From Clostridiales bacterium (GTDB lineage: Bacteria > Bacillota > Clostridia > Oscillospirales > Acutalibacteraceae), in NCBI GenBank assembly GCA_036831405.1, contig DAISMS010000002.1:26202-90201 (forward strand): a stretch of 64,000 nucleotides of DNA, in the 5' to 3' direction. The notes under the pieces are model-generated. The model made no database searches and was not told the DNA's origin. It saw nothing but the letters and a program-made list of their open reading frames with translations. Both the position numbers and the translations under genes were made by a program. Shown here in pieces: positions 1 to 10,233 of the stretch. Position 1 is the stretch's first letter. Every line of letters begins with the position of its first letter.

Positions 1-1
1 C

Positions 2-1612
2 ATCCTTGTTGATGGAGATTTTGAGGCGAATATGTCAACTCCTGATGCTTATAATGGCTTGTTTTCAGGAGACGGCACATGGTATGTAGGCACTGCTGGC
101 GGTACCGGTGCCGCAAAAGACAGACTGTGCACACTCACAATCGCAACCGAAAGCTCTGCCGCTGATGCAAAATATGTGCGTTCAGGCAAAGGTGCCTTGC
201 ATATAACAGACAGACCGGGTGCTCACCAGAGCATTGCAGTAGACATGAAGAGCATTATCAATGAGGTCGGTGCACTGGCTCCCGGAGAAGGCTATACCAT
301 GTCGGTTTGGATGCGCGCAGAAGACGGCGAGACGGTTAAAGTACAGCCTATATTTGGTGCGTCTACCAAAGGCAGCGGATTTATCGTCGGCGGCGACTTC
401 ACTACAGTAACCGACGAATGGACCGAAGTTGGTATTCTTAACGACGGCACATATTCAATGTTCAAAACAGATAGCGGCGGTTTCTTTGATCCTTATGGTG
501 GGGCATGGGCGAACATCCGCCTGCGCACCGAAGGGACAGAAAGCTTCTATGTAGATGATTTTAAAGTAATGGGTCCCCAAAAGCCGGGCGATGCAGTATC
601 CGGGTTTGTTCAAAGCGTTAACTCGCTTCCTGCTCCCGATAAGATTACCCACGCCAATGAGGCTATCATCGTTTCCCTTGAAGCTGCGTATGCAGCAATT
701 GATCAGTCGGTTTTGACTGACGAGCAAAAGGCTGAGCTGGCAACAGCCAAGGCCGCGCTGGATGCAGCGCGCGAGGCGTTTGATGCACTTCCTCCTCCTC
801 GGAAATCCTTCCAGCCAGAATATGATTTCAAGAATCAAGCCAACCTGATTGCGCCCTACGGCGACCTGGAAACCTTTGGGCTCGGCGATTATGTCTGGAA
901 TGAGGAAAATGCCGAGAACGGAACCCCAACCTATACCCTGATTACAGACAAGGATATTGCACATGGCGGAAATAATGCCCTGTTGATTTCAGGTCGTGAA
1001 AAGACCCAGCACGGTGCGTCATTTACCCTAACCGATGTAATCAGACAAAACGGCGGCGGCAAATATTACTTCTCTGCCTGGATGAGAACCAAAAACCCCG
1101 GTGAAGTAATGGATGTTTTCCCGCTGCTGTATATCGGCGGCTTAGGGATGGAGTTCTACATTAACGGAGACGAACGTTATACCATAACCAACGAGTGGAC
1201 TTTCGTGGGCGTAACATATGATAATCTGGATGGATTCTACAAGTCCAACGGGCAGGAGATTCCTGACCTTGACGAAAAGGCAACCTATGTTGCGCTTCGT
1301 TTCTACGGACAAAATGAGACGCTGGAGAGCGCGGATGACGGCGTTATGTTCCCTGACTACTACATCGATGACCTGAAATTCTGGAAGGCATTTGACGGTC
1401 AGGAGGACTATGTCGATCCCGATGCGCCTCCGGCAGGTTCGGATGAAGAAACACCTCCCCCTTCAGACAACGACGATGACAAGGATTCAGACGACAAAAC
1501 ACCGGATGACAAGGAAAGCCCCAAGACAGGCCATCCTGTTTCAATTGCACTTCCGATTTTGGGTGCAGCCTCCCTCGGTGTCATATTGTTGGGCAAACGT
1601 CGTAAGAAATAA
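2..1612 (+). CDS. sortase-anchored surface protein with two CBM-like (CBM4/9/22-type) modules; 5' partial
   Basis: The frame stays open from nt 2 to the first ATG at 32, so the gene probably starts upstream of the window. Two internal modules share the pattern G..AL.I..R....Q/H ... G..Y..S.WMR seen in carbohydrate-binding modules. The C-terminus has an acidic D/P/S linker, SPKTG (LPXTG-like), a hydrophobic helix and an RRKK tail. Confidence 0.6.
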   Translation: MLVDGDFEANMSTPDAYNGLFSGDGTWYVGTAGGTGAAKDRLCTLTIATESSAADAKYVRSGKGALHITDRPGAHQSIAVDMKSIINEVGALAPGEGYTMSVWMRAEDGETVKVQPIFGASTKGSGFIVGGDFTTVTDEWTEVGILNDGTYSMFKTDSGGFFDPYGGAWANIRLRTEGTESFYVDDFKVMGPQKPGDAVSGFVQSVNSLPAPDKITHANEAIIVSLEAAYAAIDQSVLTDEQKAELATAKAALDAAREAFDALPPPRKSFQPEYDFKNQANLIAPYGDLETFGLGDYVWNEENAENGTPTYTLITDKDIAHGGNNALLISGREKTQHGASFTLTDVIRQNGGGKYYFSAWMRTKNPGEVMDVFPLLYIGGLGMEFYINGDERYTITNEWTFVGVTYDNLDGFYKSNGQEIPDLDEKATYVALRFYGQNETLESADDGVMFPDYYIDDLKFWKAFDGQEDYVDPDAPPAGSDEETPPPSDNDDDKDSDDKTPDDKESPKTGHPVSIALPILGAASLGVILLGKRRKK

Positions 1613-1631
1613 GCAGAACTGATAACAGGCA

Positions 1632-1669
1632 CTTTCCCGGGCAGGAAAAATTGATTCTGTCCGGGAAAG
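1632..1669 (+). terminator. hairpin downstream of the surface-protein gene
   Basis: CTTTCCCGGGCAG / CTGTCCGGGAAAG inverted repeat with one mismatch. A T-run (CTTTTCT) follows only after a short gap, so this is a weak intrinsic terminator. Confidence 0.45.
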
Positions 1670-1753
1670 ACAGCCGCTTTTCTGCAGTAACTATAATATC
1701 TTCTTGCCATTTGAGCTATATGCGGAAAAGGCGGAAAGGCGTGAATTGTTAGC

Positions 1754-2626
1754 ATGAATCAACAACCTTATCTTTCGCTTGACAGACCGCTCGGTTCCTG
1801 GGTGTGGAATGTTTCCTATTATGTAGTAAACTCAGAGGAAATGTTCAATTTTTGCAGAAAAAACCATGTAACCGAATTGTATTTGTCTATAAACAGAGAT
1901 GTAACCGATCTTGCCTATGTAGATCTAATCCGCAAGTGCGCTTCTTACGGCATTCGTGCGGCGGCACTTTCAGGGGATCCGTCATGGATTATTCCGTCCA
2001 GACAAAACGGATATTATGATTATCTGGAACGGGTTGACAGGATCAATGAATTATGCGGAGACGGTCCCAAATTCTATTCCCTCCATCTTGACGTTGAGCC
2101 CCACGTTCTGCCGGAAGCCAAGCGTGACGGATTGCAGGGCTTTGTTAAATATTTTGTTGACTTTATTAAAGAGGCTCGTGTGCATGCCGATGAGCGTTCT
2201 CTTTTACTTGAATGGGATATTCCGGCATGGTTTGGAAGATTTACCGATGAAGAAGCCGATTGTCCGTTAACCGAGACCATCTTCAGATATTGTGATGCGG
2301 TGGGCATAATGGCATACAGTGATACGGCGATGGGGCAATACAATGTCGTGATGCCAAATGTAGAAATGGCCAAAAAAATGGGCAAGTCATTAATGATCGG
2401 CACCGAAACAATGGATCTTGATGAAGCCAGACGTGAAGACGGAAACTGTGCCATTTCCTATTATGAAGAAGGCAAAATTTATATGTATCGCTGCCTGACT
2501 CAAATTAATTCTATGGTTGAAAAAACATACGATCAGTTTGGCTTTGCCATTCATGACATGAAGAGATGGATTGCACTTCAACCACATGTGCTGCCCCAAT
2601 ATGCGGAGGTGTACGCAAAATGCTGA
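1754..2626 (+). CDS. hypothetical protein, possibly a TIM-barrel glycoside-hydrolase-like protein
   Basis: 290-aa ORF. Its stop overlaps the next start (ATGCTGA at 2620-2626), implying co-translation with the GH94-like gene. I cannot name a signature motif, so the function is a guess from context. Confidence 0.5.
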   Translation: MNQQPYLSLDRPLGSWVWNVSYYVVNSEEMFNFCRKNHVTELYLSINRDVTDLAYVDLIRKCASYGIRAAALSGDPSWIIPSRQNGYYDYLERVDRINELCGDGPKFYSLHLDVEPHVLPEAKRDGLQGFVKYFVDFIKEARVHADERSLLLEWDIPAWFGRFTDEEADCPLTETIFRYCDAVGIMAYSDTAMGQYNVVMPNVEMAKKMGKSLMIGTETMDLDEARREDGNCAISYYEEGKIYMYRCLTQINSMVEKTYDQFGFAIHDMKRWIALQPHVLPQYAEVYAKC

Positions 2627-5238
2627 CGCGCAAGGTAGTGGATGCCAGAGAAAATGCAAACAGGCTGGCGGAGATTTATGACCGGTTAAATGCAGGGGCG
2701 TTTCATGATTGTGCACTGCCCGGAAAAACATGGTTTATTGAGCATGATGAAATTCTAACCTTACCTCGGGATGATGGGGATTGCCGCTATCCCTATGGTA
2801 GTGATGGATTTAATTTCTGGGCGTATACTTCGGGCTATATGCATAGCAATGAAGGCATTTTTTCTCCTTTTCTTCGAAGCACCGAAGGGCAGGAACCCAA
2901 GCTATGCTGGTTTGCCGCTTTTCCGAATGAAAACGGTATGGAAGTCGTTCCGTTGCTTTCGGTTCCCGACCTATCGGATGATGCCGTTCGGTATACGGTG
3001 TTTAATAAATCGTTTGTTACCTATATTACCGAGGCCAAGGGAATCCGGTTCAGTATCCGCGTATACGTGGCGGGGGACAGAGAGACCAGGATTACTCTAT
3101 GCGCTCAAAATTTAAGTAAAAAAGTAATCGATTTCTATATATCTTCCTATATGAATCCGTTTCTCTTGCATGACGTAAACGAAAACGGGGAAAACCGTTG
3201 GTTCAGAGAGGTTTCAGTATGTGCAAACGAGAACAAGACTTTGCTTCCTGATTTTGTGGTGCGCTGCAGCGAAAATCTCAGCAGAACAAAACAGGTAAAT
3301 AACTACGGAGTGCTGAAACGTGCCCTCAGCTTGTCTGGCGGAGCCTCTCTTCTGTCCCATGAGGAAACCACCTCCCGATATCGATATACAGGCGGCAGTC
3401 GATCCAGTCTGCATAATCCGGCAGGTGTTCGCAAGGGAACCTTTGGTGAAACCCGTCATGTTACCACATTTACCGAGGTTGGTATCTGCGGTGATCTGCT
3501 GAAGTTTTCTCTTCCCGCCGATGGAGCGATTCGCCAGGACAGTGCATTCTCTTATCGCATTCATTGTGATAATGCGGCACCGATGGAGGAAATGAGATCA
3601 AAACATCCTTCTGCCGATGTTTTTGATTCAGAACTCGAAGCCCTGTTAACCCAAGAGGAAAATAAGAGCGCCGGACTTAAGATTGCCTTTGAGGAAGGGG
3701 AAAGTGAAAAGCTTTCTTCCGGAGTGATGAACGCGTTTACCGAGCATTTGAAAAAGCAGGTAGAGTTCTGTGCCACAATCAAAGGATACATACAGCTTAG
3801 CGCAGGCTCCCTGATTGGCATCCGGGACGTTTTCCAGGCGCTTGAAGCATATTTGATGTGGCAGCCCGGCGAAGCCCGCGCCAAAATGCTGGAAGCACTT
3901 AGCTTTACCGACCCGTCGGGACGTTGTCCCCGTCAATATGCCCTGCCTGTTAGGGAAGGCGCCTCCCCTTCCATGGATCTTCGCCCCTTTATCGATCAGG
4001 GCGTTTGGGTGATTTCCACCATTGTAAACTACTTGAAATATACCGGAGACTTCGGCTTTTTGAATGAAGTTTGCGGATATTATAATATCGTTGATGAGAA
4101 AAAGCGTCTTGTGGAAAAGAGCAGCGAAAAGGATACGGTGCTGGAGCATATGCTTCGCATCATGAATTGGCTGCTGGATAAAACAGATCCCAAAACAAAC
4201 TGTATTCGGGTGCTTTTCGGTGACTGGAATGATGCGCTGGATGGATTGGGTGTCAGTGAGGATCCGAATCAAGAATACGGAAGCGGCGTTTCGGTCATGG
4301 CTGCAGCTCAGGTCTGGCAAAATCTCAATGAGATGATGCAGCTGCTTTCTTTGCTCAACTCTGACAAATATTCCGATACCATAACCGAGTATTCGGAACG
4401 TGCAGATGCTCTGGCGGTGGGGCTGCGGAAATACGGCATCGTTCACAACCAAAACGGTGAGGTGCGCATCAGCCATGGGTGGGGAGATCAGCTATCCTAT
4501 CATGTAGGCGGCTGGAATGATCCCGACGGAGTGTCCAGGCGTAGCTTGACTTCCAATGCATTTTGGGTACTAAGCGGACTGTACGATCGGGATATCGGTT
4601 TGCATGATATAATCAAAAATGATATTATGCAGCTTGATTCAAAATACGGGCTGAGAACCTTTGACCCGCACTTTGAGCCTGACGCCAAAGGCGTCGGACG
4701 TATTCCAAAACTGCCTGCCGGAACTGCCGAAAACGGCGCCGCTTATATTCATGCCTCTGTATTCGGTGTGATGGCGCTATTCAGAATGGGTTGCGCCAAG
4801 GAGGCGTGGGACAAACTGTTGAAGTCTCTGCCTGTAACCCATAAAACCATTTCGGTATCACCCTTTGTCATGCCCAATTCTTACTGTGAGAACCCGGAAA
4901 AGAATATAGACGGGGAATCCATGATGGATTGGCAGACCGGCAGCTCTAATGTTGTGCTGAAGCTGTTGATGCGTTTTGTAGCCGGTATTAAGCCGGAATA
5001 TGACGGCGTCTGGATCCAGCCTGCCAACTACTGCCCGTTTAAGGGATATAAGGCAGAGTTGATGGTAAAAGGCGCAAAAATAAAAGTGGAGTATCGCAAA
5101 ACCGGTTTGGGCGATCGCAAGTTTACGGTAAATGGGGAGCCGATGGACGGCAAATATAACGAATTTTTGAAAACAAAACGCTTGTGGATGCCCGCATCAA
5201 AGCTGGTCGATACTGTAGATATTGTGGTGGAAGACTAA
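2620..5238 (+). CDS. GH94-like glycoside phosphorylase (cellobiose/chitobiose phosphorylase superfamily)
   Basis: Start placed at ATG 2620 (MLTRKVVDARE), which overlaps the upstream stop; the 2566 ATG lies inside the previous gene. FGDWNDALDG resembles the catalytic-Asp DWND segment of GH94 phosphorylases. Size is about 870 aa. Confidence 0.65.
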   Translation: MLTRKVVDARENANRLAEIYDRLNAGAFHDCALPGKTWFIEHDEILTLPRDDGDCRYPYGSDGFNFWAYTSGYMHSNEGIFSPFLRSTEGQEPKLCWFAAFPNENGMEVVPLLSVPDLSDDAVRYTVFNKSFVTYITEAKGIRFSIRVYVAGDRETRITLCAQNLSKKVIDFYISSYMNPFLLHDVNENGENRWFREVSVCANENKTLLPDFVVRCSENLSRTKQVNNYGVLKRALSLSGGASLLSHEETTSRYRYTGGSRSSLHNPAGVRKGTFGETRHVTTFTEVGICGDLLKFSLPADGAIRQDSAFSYRIHCDNAAPMEEMRSKHPSADVFDSELEALLTQEENKSAGLKIAFEEGESEKLSSGVMNAFTEHLKKQVEFCATIKGYIQLSAGSLIGIRDVFQALEAYLMWQPGEARAKMLEALSFTDPSGRCPRQYALPVREGASPSMDLRPFIDQGVWVISTIVNYLKYTGDFGFLNEVCGYYNIVDEKKRLVEKSSEKDTVLEHMLRIMNWLLDKTDPKTNCIRVLFGDWNDALDGLGVSEDPNQEYGSGVSVMAAAQVWQNLNEMMQLLSLLNSDKYSDTITEYSERADALAVGLRKYGIVHNQNGEVRISHGWGDQLSYHVGGWNDPDGVSRRSLTSNAFWVLSGLYDRDIGLHDIIKNDIMQLDSKYGLRTFDPHFEPDAKGVGRIPKLPAGTAENGAAYIHASVFGVMALFRMGCAKEAWDKLLKSLPVTHKTISVSPFVMPNSYCENPEKNIDGESMMDWQTGSSNVVLKLLMRFVAGIKPEYDGVWIQPANYCPFKGYKAELMVKGAKIKVEYRKTGLGDRKFTVNGEPMDGKYNEFLKTKRLWMPASKLVDTVDIVVED

Positions 5239-5351
5239 CGGTTGGATTCAGCATGTAAATGAAGTTGTTTCGAGCAATAGAGGATCTGTCGGTCAAGGGG
5301 CAGCCGACAAATCCGCGGTGGATCATCCCAGAAAACGCCCCTTTTCAAATC

Positions 5352-5403
5352 GGTTTTATATCCTTTCCGGGTATAAAACCCGGAAAGGATATGAATCTGA
5401 ATT
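5352..5403 (+). promoter_or_regulatory. conserved hairpin leader element, copy 1
   Basis: GGTTTTATATCCTTTCCGGGTATAAAACCCGGAAAGGATATGAATCTGAATT lies directly before the ATG at 5404. It has a perfect 14-bp stem, ATATCCTTTCCGGG/CCCGGAAAGGATAT. Near-identical elements occur at 36262 and 38829. Confidence 0.45.
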
Positions 5404-6810
5404 ATGATTCAATTTGGAACAGGCGGCTGGCGCGCCATTATAGGAGACGGCTTTACAAAGGCAAATGTTCAGCTGCTTACCGCTGCCCTTGCGCGAAAAA
5501 TGAAGGATGCCGATCTTTCCGGCTTCGTCATCGGATATGATCGCCGATTTCTGTCCAAACAGTCTGCATATTGGGCGGCTGAAGTTATGGCTGGGGAAGG
5601 TGTCCTGTGCAAGGTTATCAACTACGATGCTCCGACACCGTTGGTTATGTTCTCTGTGAAGTATTTTGATTTGAGCTTTGGTATGATTATAACTGCCAGC
5701 CACAATCCTGCCATCTATAACGGCATCAAGGTATTTACCAAGGGCGGCAGGGATGCGGATGAAACGGTTACTGCTGAAATCGAGAAGTACATTTGCGGGA
5801 TTGATCCGGAGACCATCCGCACAATTCCGTATGAGGACGCACGCTCAAGCGGCTTGATAGAGGAGATTAATCCACAGAACGCGTATCTAGATTCGATTAT
5901 CCGCGGCATTAATATCGATGCCATTCGGAGCAGAAATCTGAAGATTGTATTGGACCCCATGTACGGTGTATCCAAAACCTCATTACAGACCATCCTACTG
6001 ACCGCTCGCTGTGATGTAAATGTGATCCATGAGCGGCATGATACCCTGTTCGGCGGACGCTTGCCTGCTCCCAATGTCGAGACGCTGAATGCCCTCAAAA
6101 ACTATGTCATGGAAAGTCATGCCGACATCGGGATTGCAACCGACGGAGATGCAGACCGTCTGGGAATCATCAATGACGAGGGAGAATTTGTTCATCCCAA
6201 TCAAATTCTTGTTATTCTTTACTATTATCTTTTGAAATATAAGGGCTGGCATGGCCCTGCCGTACGCAACATCGCAACCACCCACCTGCTTGACAAGGTT
6301 GCGGATGCATTCGGCGAAACCTGTTATGAAGTACCGGTTGGCTTCAAGCATATATCGGGAAAGATGATAGAAACCAATGCGGTGATCGGCGGAGAGTCCT
6401 CGGGCGGGTTGACGGTTCGCGGACATATTCAGGGCAAGGATGGAATTTATGCTGCTTCCCTTCTCGTCGAGATGCTGGCGGTTACAGGCAACAATCTTTC
6501 TCAAATTTATGACGATATAACCAATGAATTCGGACATCTTGTTATGGCCGAGCGGGATTATCGCTTTACCGAACAGAGAAAAGCAGAAATCAAGCAAATG
6601 CTCATGGAAGAAAAGAAGCTTCCCGAATTTCCCTGTGAGATCGAAAAGGTATCCTATCTGGATGGCTGCAAGGTGTATTTCAAAAACGGCGGCTGGATTA
6701 TTGCCCGCTTTTCCGGTACCGAACCGCTGATTCGTATCTTCTGTGAGATGCAGGAGAAAGCCCAGGCGGATCAGATCTGCGACATCATGAAGGATTTTCT
6801 TGGTCTGTAG
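5404..6810 (+). CDS. alpha-D-phosphohexomutase (phosphoglucomutase / phosphomannomutase / GlcNAc-phosphate mutase family)
   Basis: All four family loops are present: TASHNPAIYNGIK (active Ser), GIATDGDADR (Mg), GGESSGG (sugar) and RFSGTEPLIR (phosphate). Confidence 0.9.
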   Translation: MIQFGTGGWRAIIGDGFTKANVQLLTAALARKMKDADLSGFVIGYDRRFLSKQSAYWAAEVMAGEGVLCKVINYDAPTPLVMFSVKYFDLSFGMIITASHNPAIYNGIKVFTKGGRDADETVTAEIEKYICGIDPETIRTIPYEDARSSGLIEEINPQNAYLDSIIRGINIDAIRSRNLKIVLDPMYGVSKTSLQTILLTARCDVNVIHERHDTLFGGRLPAPNVETLNALKNYVMESHADIGIATDGDADRLGIINDEGEFVHPNQILVILYYYLLKYKGWHGPAVRNIATTHLLDKVADAFGETCYEVPVGFKHISGKMIETNAVIGGESSGGLTVRGHIQGKDGIYAASLLVEMLAVTGNNLSQIYDDITNEFGHLVMAERDYRFTEQRKAEIKQMLMEEKKLPEFPCEIEKVSYLDGCKVYFKNGGWIIARFSGTEPLIRIFCEMQEKAQADQICDIMKDFLGL

Positions 6811-6840
6811 AACTTATGGGCATGGAAAGGACAGGCTTTT

Positions 6841-8043
6841 ATGAGGGATAGTAAATGCACGGTTTTTACCAATGTCAAGGTCATTACCCCTGATCGGGTG
6901 ATTGAGAATGCGGCGGTGGTGGTCGAAAACGGCAGGATACAGGATGTCTTGCTTGATCATGAAAGTCGGCATGCATTGGACGGGGTCAAGATTGACGGGC
7001 AGGGGTGTTATCTCGCCCCGGGGTTTATTGATCTGCATTGCCACGGCGGCGGCGGTCATGATTTTATGGACGCAACCCCCGAGGCTTTTATAGGTGCGTG
7101 CGAAACCCATTCCCGGTTCGGTACAACCACCCTGCTTCCCACCACGCTTGCGGGGGATGACGACGATCTCAGGCAGACCTTTGAGGTGTTCCATCAGGTC
7201 AAAGACAAGGAATATAACGGTGCCCGTATGCCGGGGCTTCATTTGGAGGGACCTTACTTTTCGGTGGAGTATAAGGGCGCACAGGACGAAAAGTATATCC
7301 GGAACCCCCAGCCCGAGGATTATCACAGGATTTATGAATGGTCGCAGGGTGCCATCATCCGCTGGAGTGCAGCGCCGGAACTGGAAGGCGCCGGATTGTT
7401 TGCGGATTTCTTGGCTGATAAAGGGATTATTGCTTCCATTGCTCATACCGCCGCAGCTTATGAGGATGTTTTGGATGCATATCAAAAAGGCTTTAGGCTG
7501 ATTACCCATCTCTATAGCTGCATGTCCACCATCACCCGGAGAAAAGGATATCGCATTCCGGGTGTTGTGGAAAGCGCTTACCTCATCGACGATATGAAAG
7601 CCGAGCTGATTGCAGACGGCTGCCATCTTCCGCCGGCGCTGCTTCAACTGGCTTATAAGTCCAAGGGTGCGGATCGGCTGGTGCTGGTGACCGATTCTAT
7701 GCGGGGCGCGGGGATGCCCGATGGGGAGAGCATTCTTGGCAGTCTGGGGCATGGTCAGAGGGTTATCGTAGAGAATGGTGTCGCCTATCTGCCCGACCGC
7801 GAGGCATTTGCAGGCAGCGTATGTACCGCCGATAGGCTTGTTCGAACCATGGTGAAAGAGGCAGGCGTTCCGCTTTGTGATGCTGTAAAAATGATGACAG
7901 CCACTCCTGCCGAAATTATTGGCAAGTCGGCATCAAAAGGCACTGTCGCAAAAGGGTTTGACGCAGATCTGGTGCTGTTTGACCATGCGATTAACATAAA
8001 ATTGACCATGATTGATGGCAGAGTGATTTACAAATCGGATTGA
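6841..8043 (+). CDS. nagA: N-acetylglucosamine-6-phosphate deacetylase
   Basis: GFIDLHCHGGGGHDFMD metal motif, HLEGPY, and a length of about 400 aa, as expected for NagA. Confidence 0.9.
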   Translation: MRDSKCTVFTNVKVITPDRVIENAAVVVENGRIQDVLLDHESRHALDGVKIDGQGCYLAPGFIDLHCHGGGGHDFMDATPEAFIGACETHSRFGTTTLLPTTLAGDDDDLRQTFEVFHQVKDKEYNGARMPGLHLEGPYFSVEYKGAQDEKYIRNPQPEDYHRIYEWSQGAIIRWSAAPELEGAGLFADFLADKGIIASIAHTAAAYEDVLDAYQKGFRLITHLYSCMSTITRRKGYRIPGVVESAYLIDDMKAELIADGCHLPPALLQLAYKSKGADRLVLVTDSMRGAGMPDGESILGSLGHGQRVIVENGVAYLPDREAFAGSVCTADRLVRTMVKEAGVPLCDAVKMMTATPAEIIGKSASKGTVAKGFDADLVLFDHAINIKLTMIDGRVIYKSD

Positions 8044-8070
8044 TAGAAAAGGGCTAGAGGAAAGGTGAGC

Positions 8071-8853
8071 ATGTTGGTATTAGAACATAGAGCGGGGAAA
8101 CTGCTTGTAAAAGTATTTGAAACCCCAAGAGGGTTAGGTGAGGCGGCAGCTTTGGAGGCGGTGGCTGCACTCAATGAGGTGGTTGAGAGGAAGGGCGAGT
8201 GCAACATAATATTTGCGGCTGCTCCCTCTCAAAATGAGTTTCTAGCTGCCCTTTGCAACAGCAATGTGGACTGGAGCAAAATCAACGCATTTCATATGGA
8301 TGAATACATTGGGCTACCGGCGGATGCTCCACAGGGATTCGGCAACTTTCTAAAGGACAAGATATTTAATAAGGTCTCATTTAAAAGCGTCATGCTGATA
8401 AACGGACAGGCAGATTCCATAGATCATGAAATAAATCGTTACAGCAATCTGATTCAGCAAAATCCACCTGATATTGTATTTATGGGAATCGGTGAAAACG
8501 GACATATTGCGTTTAATGATCCCCATGTTGCCCATTTTGACGATACAATGGAAGTGCGGGCGGTTGAGCTGGACGAGAAATGCAGACAGCAGCAGGTAAA
8601 TGACGGATGCTTTGAATCGCTTGATCAAGTTCCGACCCATGCCCTGACCCTGACGATTCCGGCATTGATTTCTGCTTCCAGAATCCTTTGCATGGTGCCG
8701 TATCATACCAAAACCCAGGCAGTTACCAAAACAGTGTTTGGTGAAATCCGTGAAACCCTCCCGGCATCTATTCTGAGGCTTCATCCGGATGCAACCCTTT
8801 ATATCGACAGTGACAGCGGACGAGACGTAATCAAAGCTTTGGACAAGCATTAA
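8071..8853 (+). CDS. nagB: glucosamine-6-phosphate deaminase
   Basis: MGIGENGHIAFNDP motif and the NagB/Pgl fold pattern. ATG 8071 sits 5 nt after GAGGAAAGG. The track start at GTG 8065 is an alternative. Confidence 0.85.
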   Translation: MLVLEHRAGKLLVKVFETPRGLGEAAALEAVAALNEVVERKGECNIIFAAAPSQNEFLAALCNSNVDWSKINAFHMDEYIGLPADAPQGFGNFLKDKIFNKVSFKSVMLINGQADSIDHEINRYSNLIQQNPPDIVFMGIGENGHIAFNDPHVAHFDDTMEVRAVELDEKCRQQQVNDGCFESLDQVPTHALTLTIPALISASRILCMVPYHTKTQAVTKTVFGEIRETLPASILRLHPDATLYIDSDSGRDVIKALDKH

Positions 8854-8925
8854 AATTTAACCCCCGGTATTCGGGGGTTTCCTATGGCTAAAAAATAACT
8901 AACCGGTTACTTAGGAGTTGAGGGC

Positions 8926-10230
8926 ATGGATGTAACGACACTAAAAAATAAGGTCTGTGCAGAGATAGACAGGAATAAAGATACCATTCTATCCTGGGGG
9001 AATACCCTTTTACACCATCCGGAGCTTGGATACAAGGAGCTCAAAACCAGTGCTTTTATCCGAAGTAAGCTTGATGAATTAAATATCCCCTATATCTATC
9101 CGGCTGCGGTGACAGGAATCAAGGGAAGGATAAGCGGAAATTCGGCTGACCTGAATATTTGTATCATCGGTGAAATGGATGGGGTCATCTGCACGGATCA
9201 CCCGAATGCCGACGGGCTGACAGGTGCGGCGCATGCCTGCGGACACAATGCGCAGGTTGCCGCAATGCTGGGAGCGGCCTGCGGTCTGTTGAAAAGCGGG
9301 GTAATGCCTGAGCTGTGGGGAAGCGTCACCTTTTTGGCGGCTCCGGCAGAGGAGTACATGGATATCGCCTACCGAAGGCAGCTCAAAGAAAACGGTACAA
9401 TCAAATATTTTGGCGGAAAGCAGCAGCTTCTTTATGAGGGCATGTTTGATGATGTTGATTTGGCAATAATGATTCATTCACATGCCGAAACACCCGAAAC
9501 AAAGCTTTTTCTGCAGGGTGGAAGTCTGGGGTTTGTTTACAAGACCATGGAATTTAAAGGCAGGGAATCCCACGGAAGCGAGCCGTATAAAGGGGTCAAC
9601 GCCCTTAACGCGGCAATGCTGGCACTGATGGGGATTCACGCCAACCGTGAGACCTTTCGAGATGAGGATAAGATTCGGATTCACCCGATTATCACCAACG
9701 GGGGCGAGATTGTAAACACCATCCCGGCAAACGTGACCATGGAAACCTATGTCAGAGCAGGCAATCTGGAAGCAATGAAAGATGCAGCACTAAAGGTGGA
9801 TCGGGCGGTAAACGGAGCGGCGATGTCTGTTGGGGCAAAAATAAAAATCAAAACGACGGCGGGCTACCTGCCATTAATGCAAGATAACAACCTGAGTGCA
9901 GTGTTTGAAGGGAATGCCGCCGCATTTGTTCCACAGCGGGATATATACCATGGTGTTGATATGACAGGCTCCACCGATATGGGTGATTTAAGTCATCTGA
10001 TTCCTTGTATCCAGCCCACCATGGGTGGCTTCTCGGGCACTGCTCACAGCAGGGATTTTGGTATTGCCAACCCCGATGCTGCATATATCCTTTCGGCAAA
10101 AATATTGGCAATGACGGTTATTGACCTCCTATATGACAAGGCAAAATCAGGGACCGAAATTAAAAATACGTTCAAGCCGGTTATGACCAAAGAGGAGTAT
10201 ATACGTTATTTAGATCAACAGGAGAGATGA
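8926..10230 (+). CDS. M20-family amidohydrolase (AbgB / hippurate-hydrolase-like)
   Basis: HACGHNAQVAAMLGAA metal-binding segment, and a two-lobe M20D-like length of 434 aa. Confidence 0.8.
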   Translation: MDVTTLKNKVCAEIDRNKDTILSWGNTLLHHPELGYKELKTSAFIRSKLDELNIPYIYPAAVTGIKGRISGNSADLNICIIGEMDGVICTDHPNADGLTGAAHACGHNAQVAAMLGAACGLLKSGVMPELWGSVTFLAAPAEEYMDIAYRRQLKENGTIKYFGGKQQLLYEGMFDDVDLAIMIHSHAETPETKLFLQGGSLGFVYKTMEFKGRESHGSEPYKGVNALNAAMLALMGIHANRETFRDEDKIRIHPIITNGGEIVNTIPANVTMETYVRAGNLEAMKDAALKVDRAVNGAAMSVGAKIKIKTTAGYLPLMQDNNLSAVFEGNAAAFVPQRDIYHGVDMTGSTDMGDLSHLIPCIQPTMGGFSGTAHSRDFGIANPDAAYILSAKILAMTVIDLLYDKAKSGTEIKNTFKPVMTKEEYIRYLDQQER

Positions 10231-10233
10231 ATT

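Noticed and set aside
3646-4476. 276-aa antisense ORF inside the GH94-like gene.
   Set aside because: It lies fully within a long + strand ORF that carries a recognisable catalytic motif. The antisense translation has no motif and a skewed composition. It is typical of a shadow ORF in GC-balanced DNA.
5259-5540. 93-aa ORF sharing the peptide GIKPGKDM with the 5' end of the 36260 ORF (possible conserved micro-protein).
   Set aside because: The shared peptide is simply the translation of the conserved nucleotide hairpin element. Downstream, the frame runs out of phase into the phosphohexomutase gene, whose own N-terminus (MIQFGTGGWRA) is canonical.
6814-7752. 312-aa antisense ORF opposite nagA.
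   Set aside because: The + strand product has the unmistakable NagA metal motifs. The antisense product is Arg/Pro/Gly-rich with no recognisable features.
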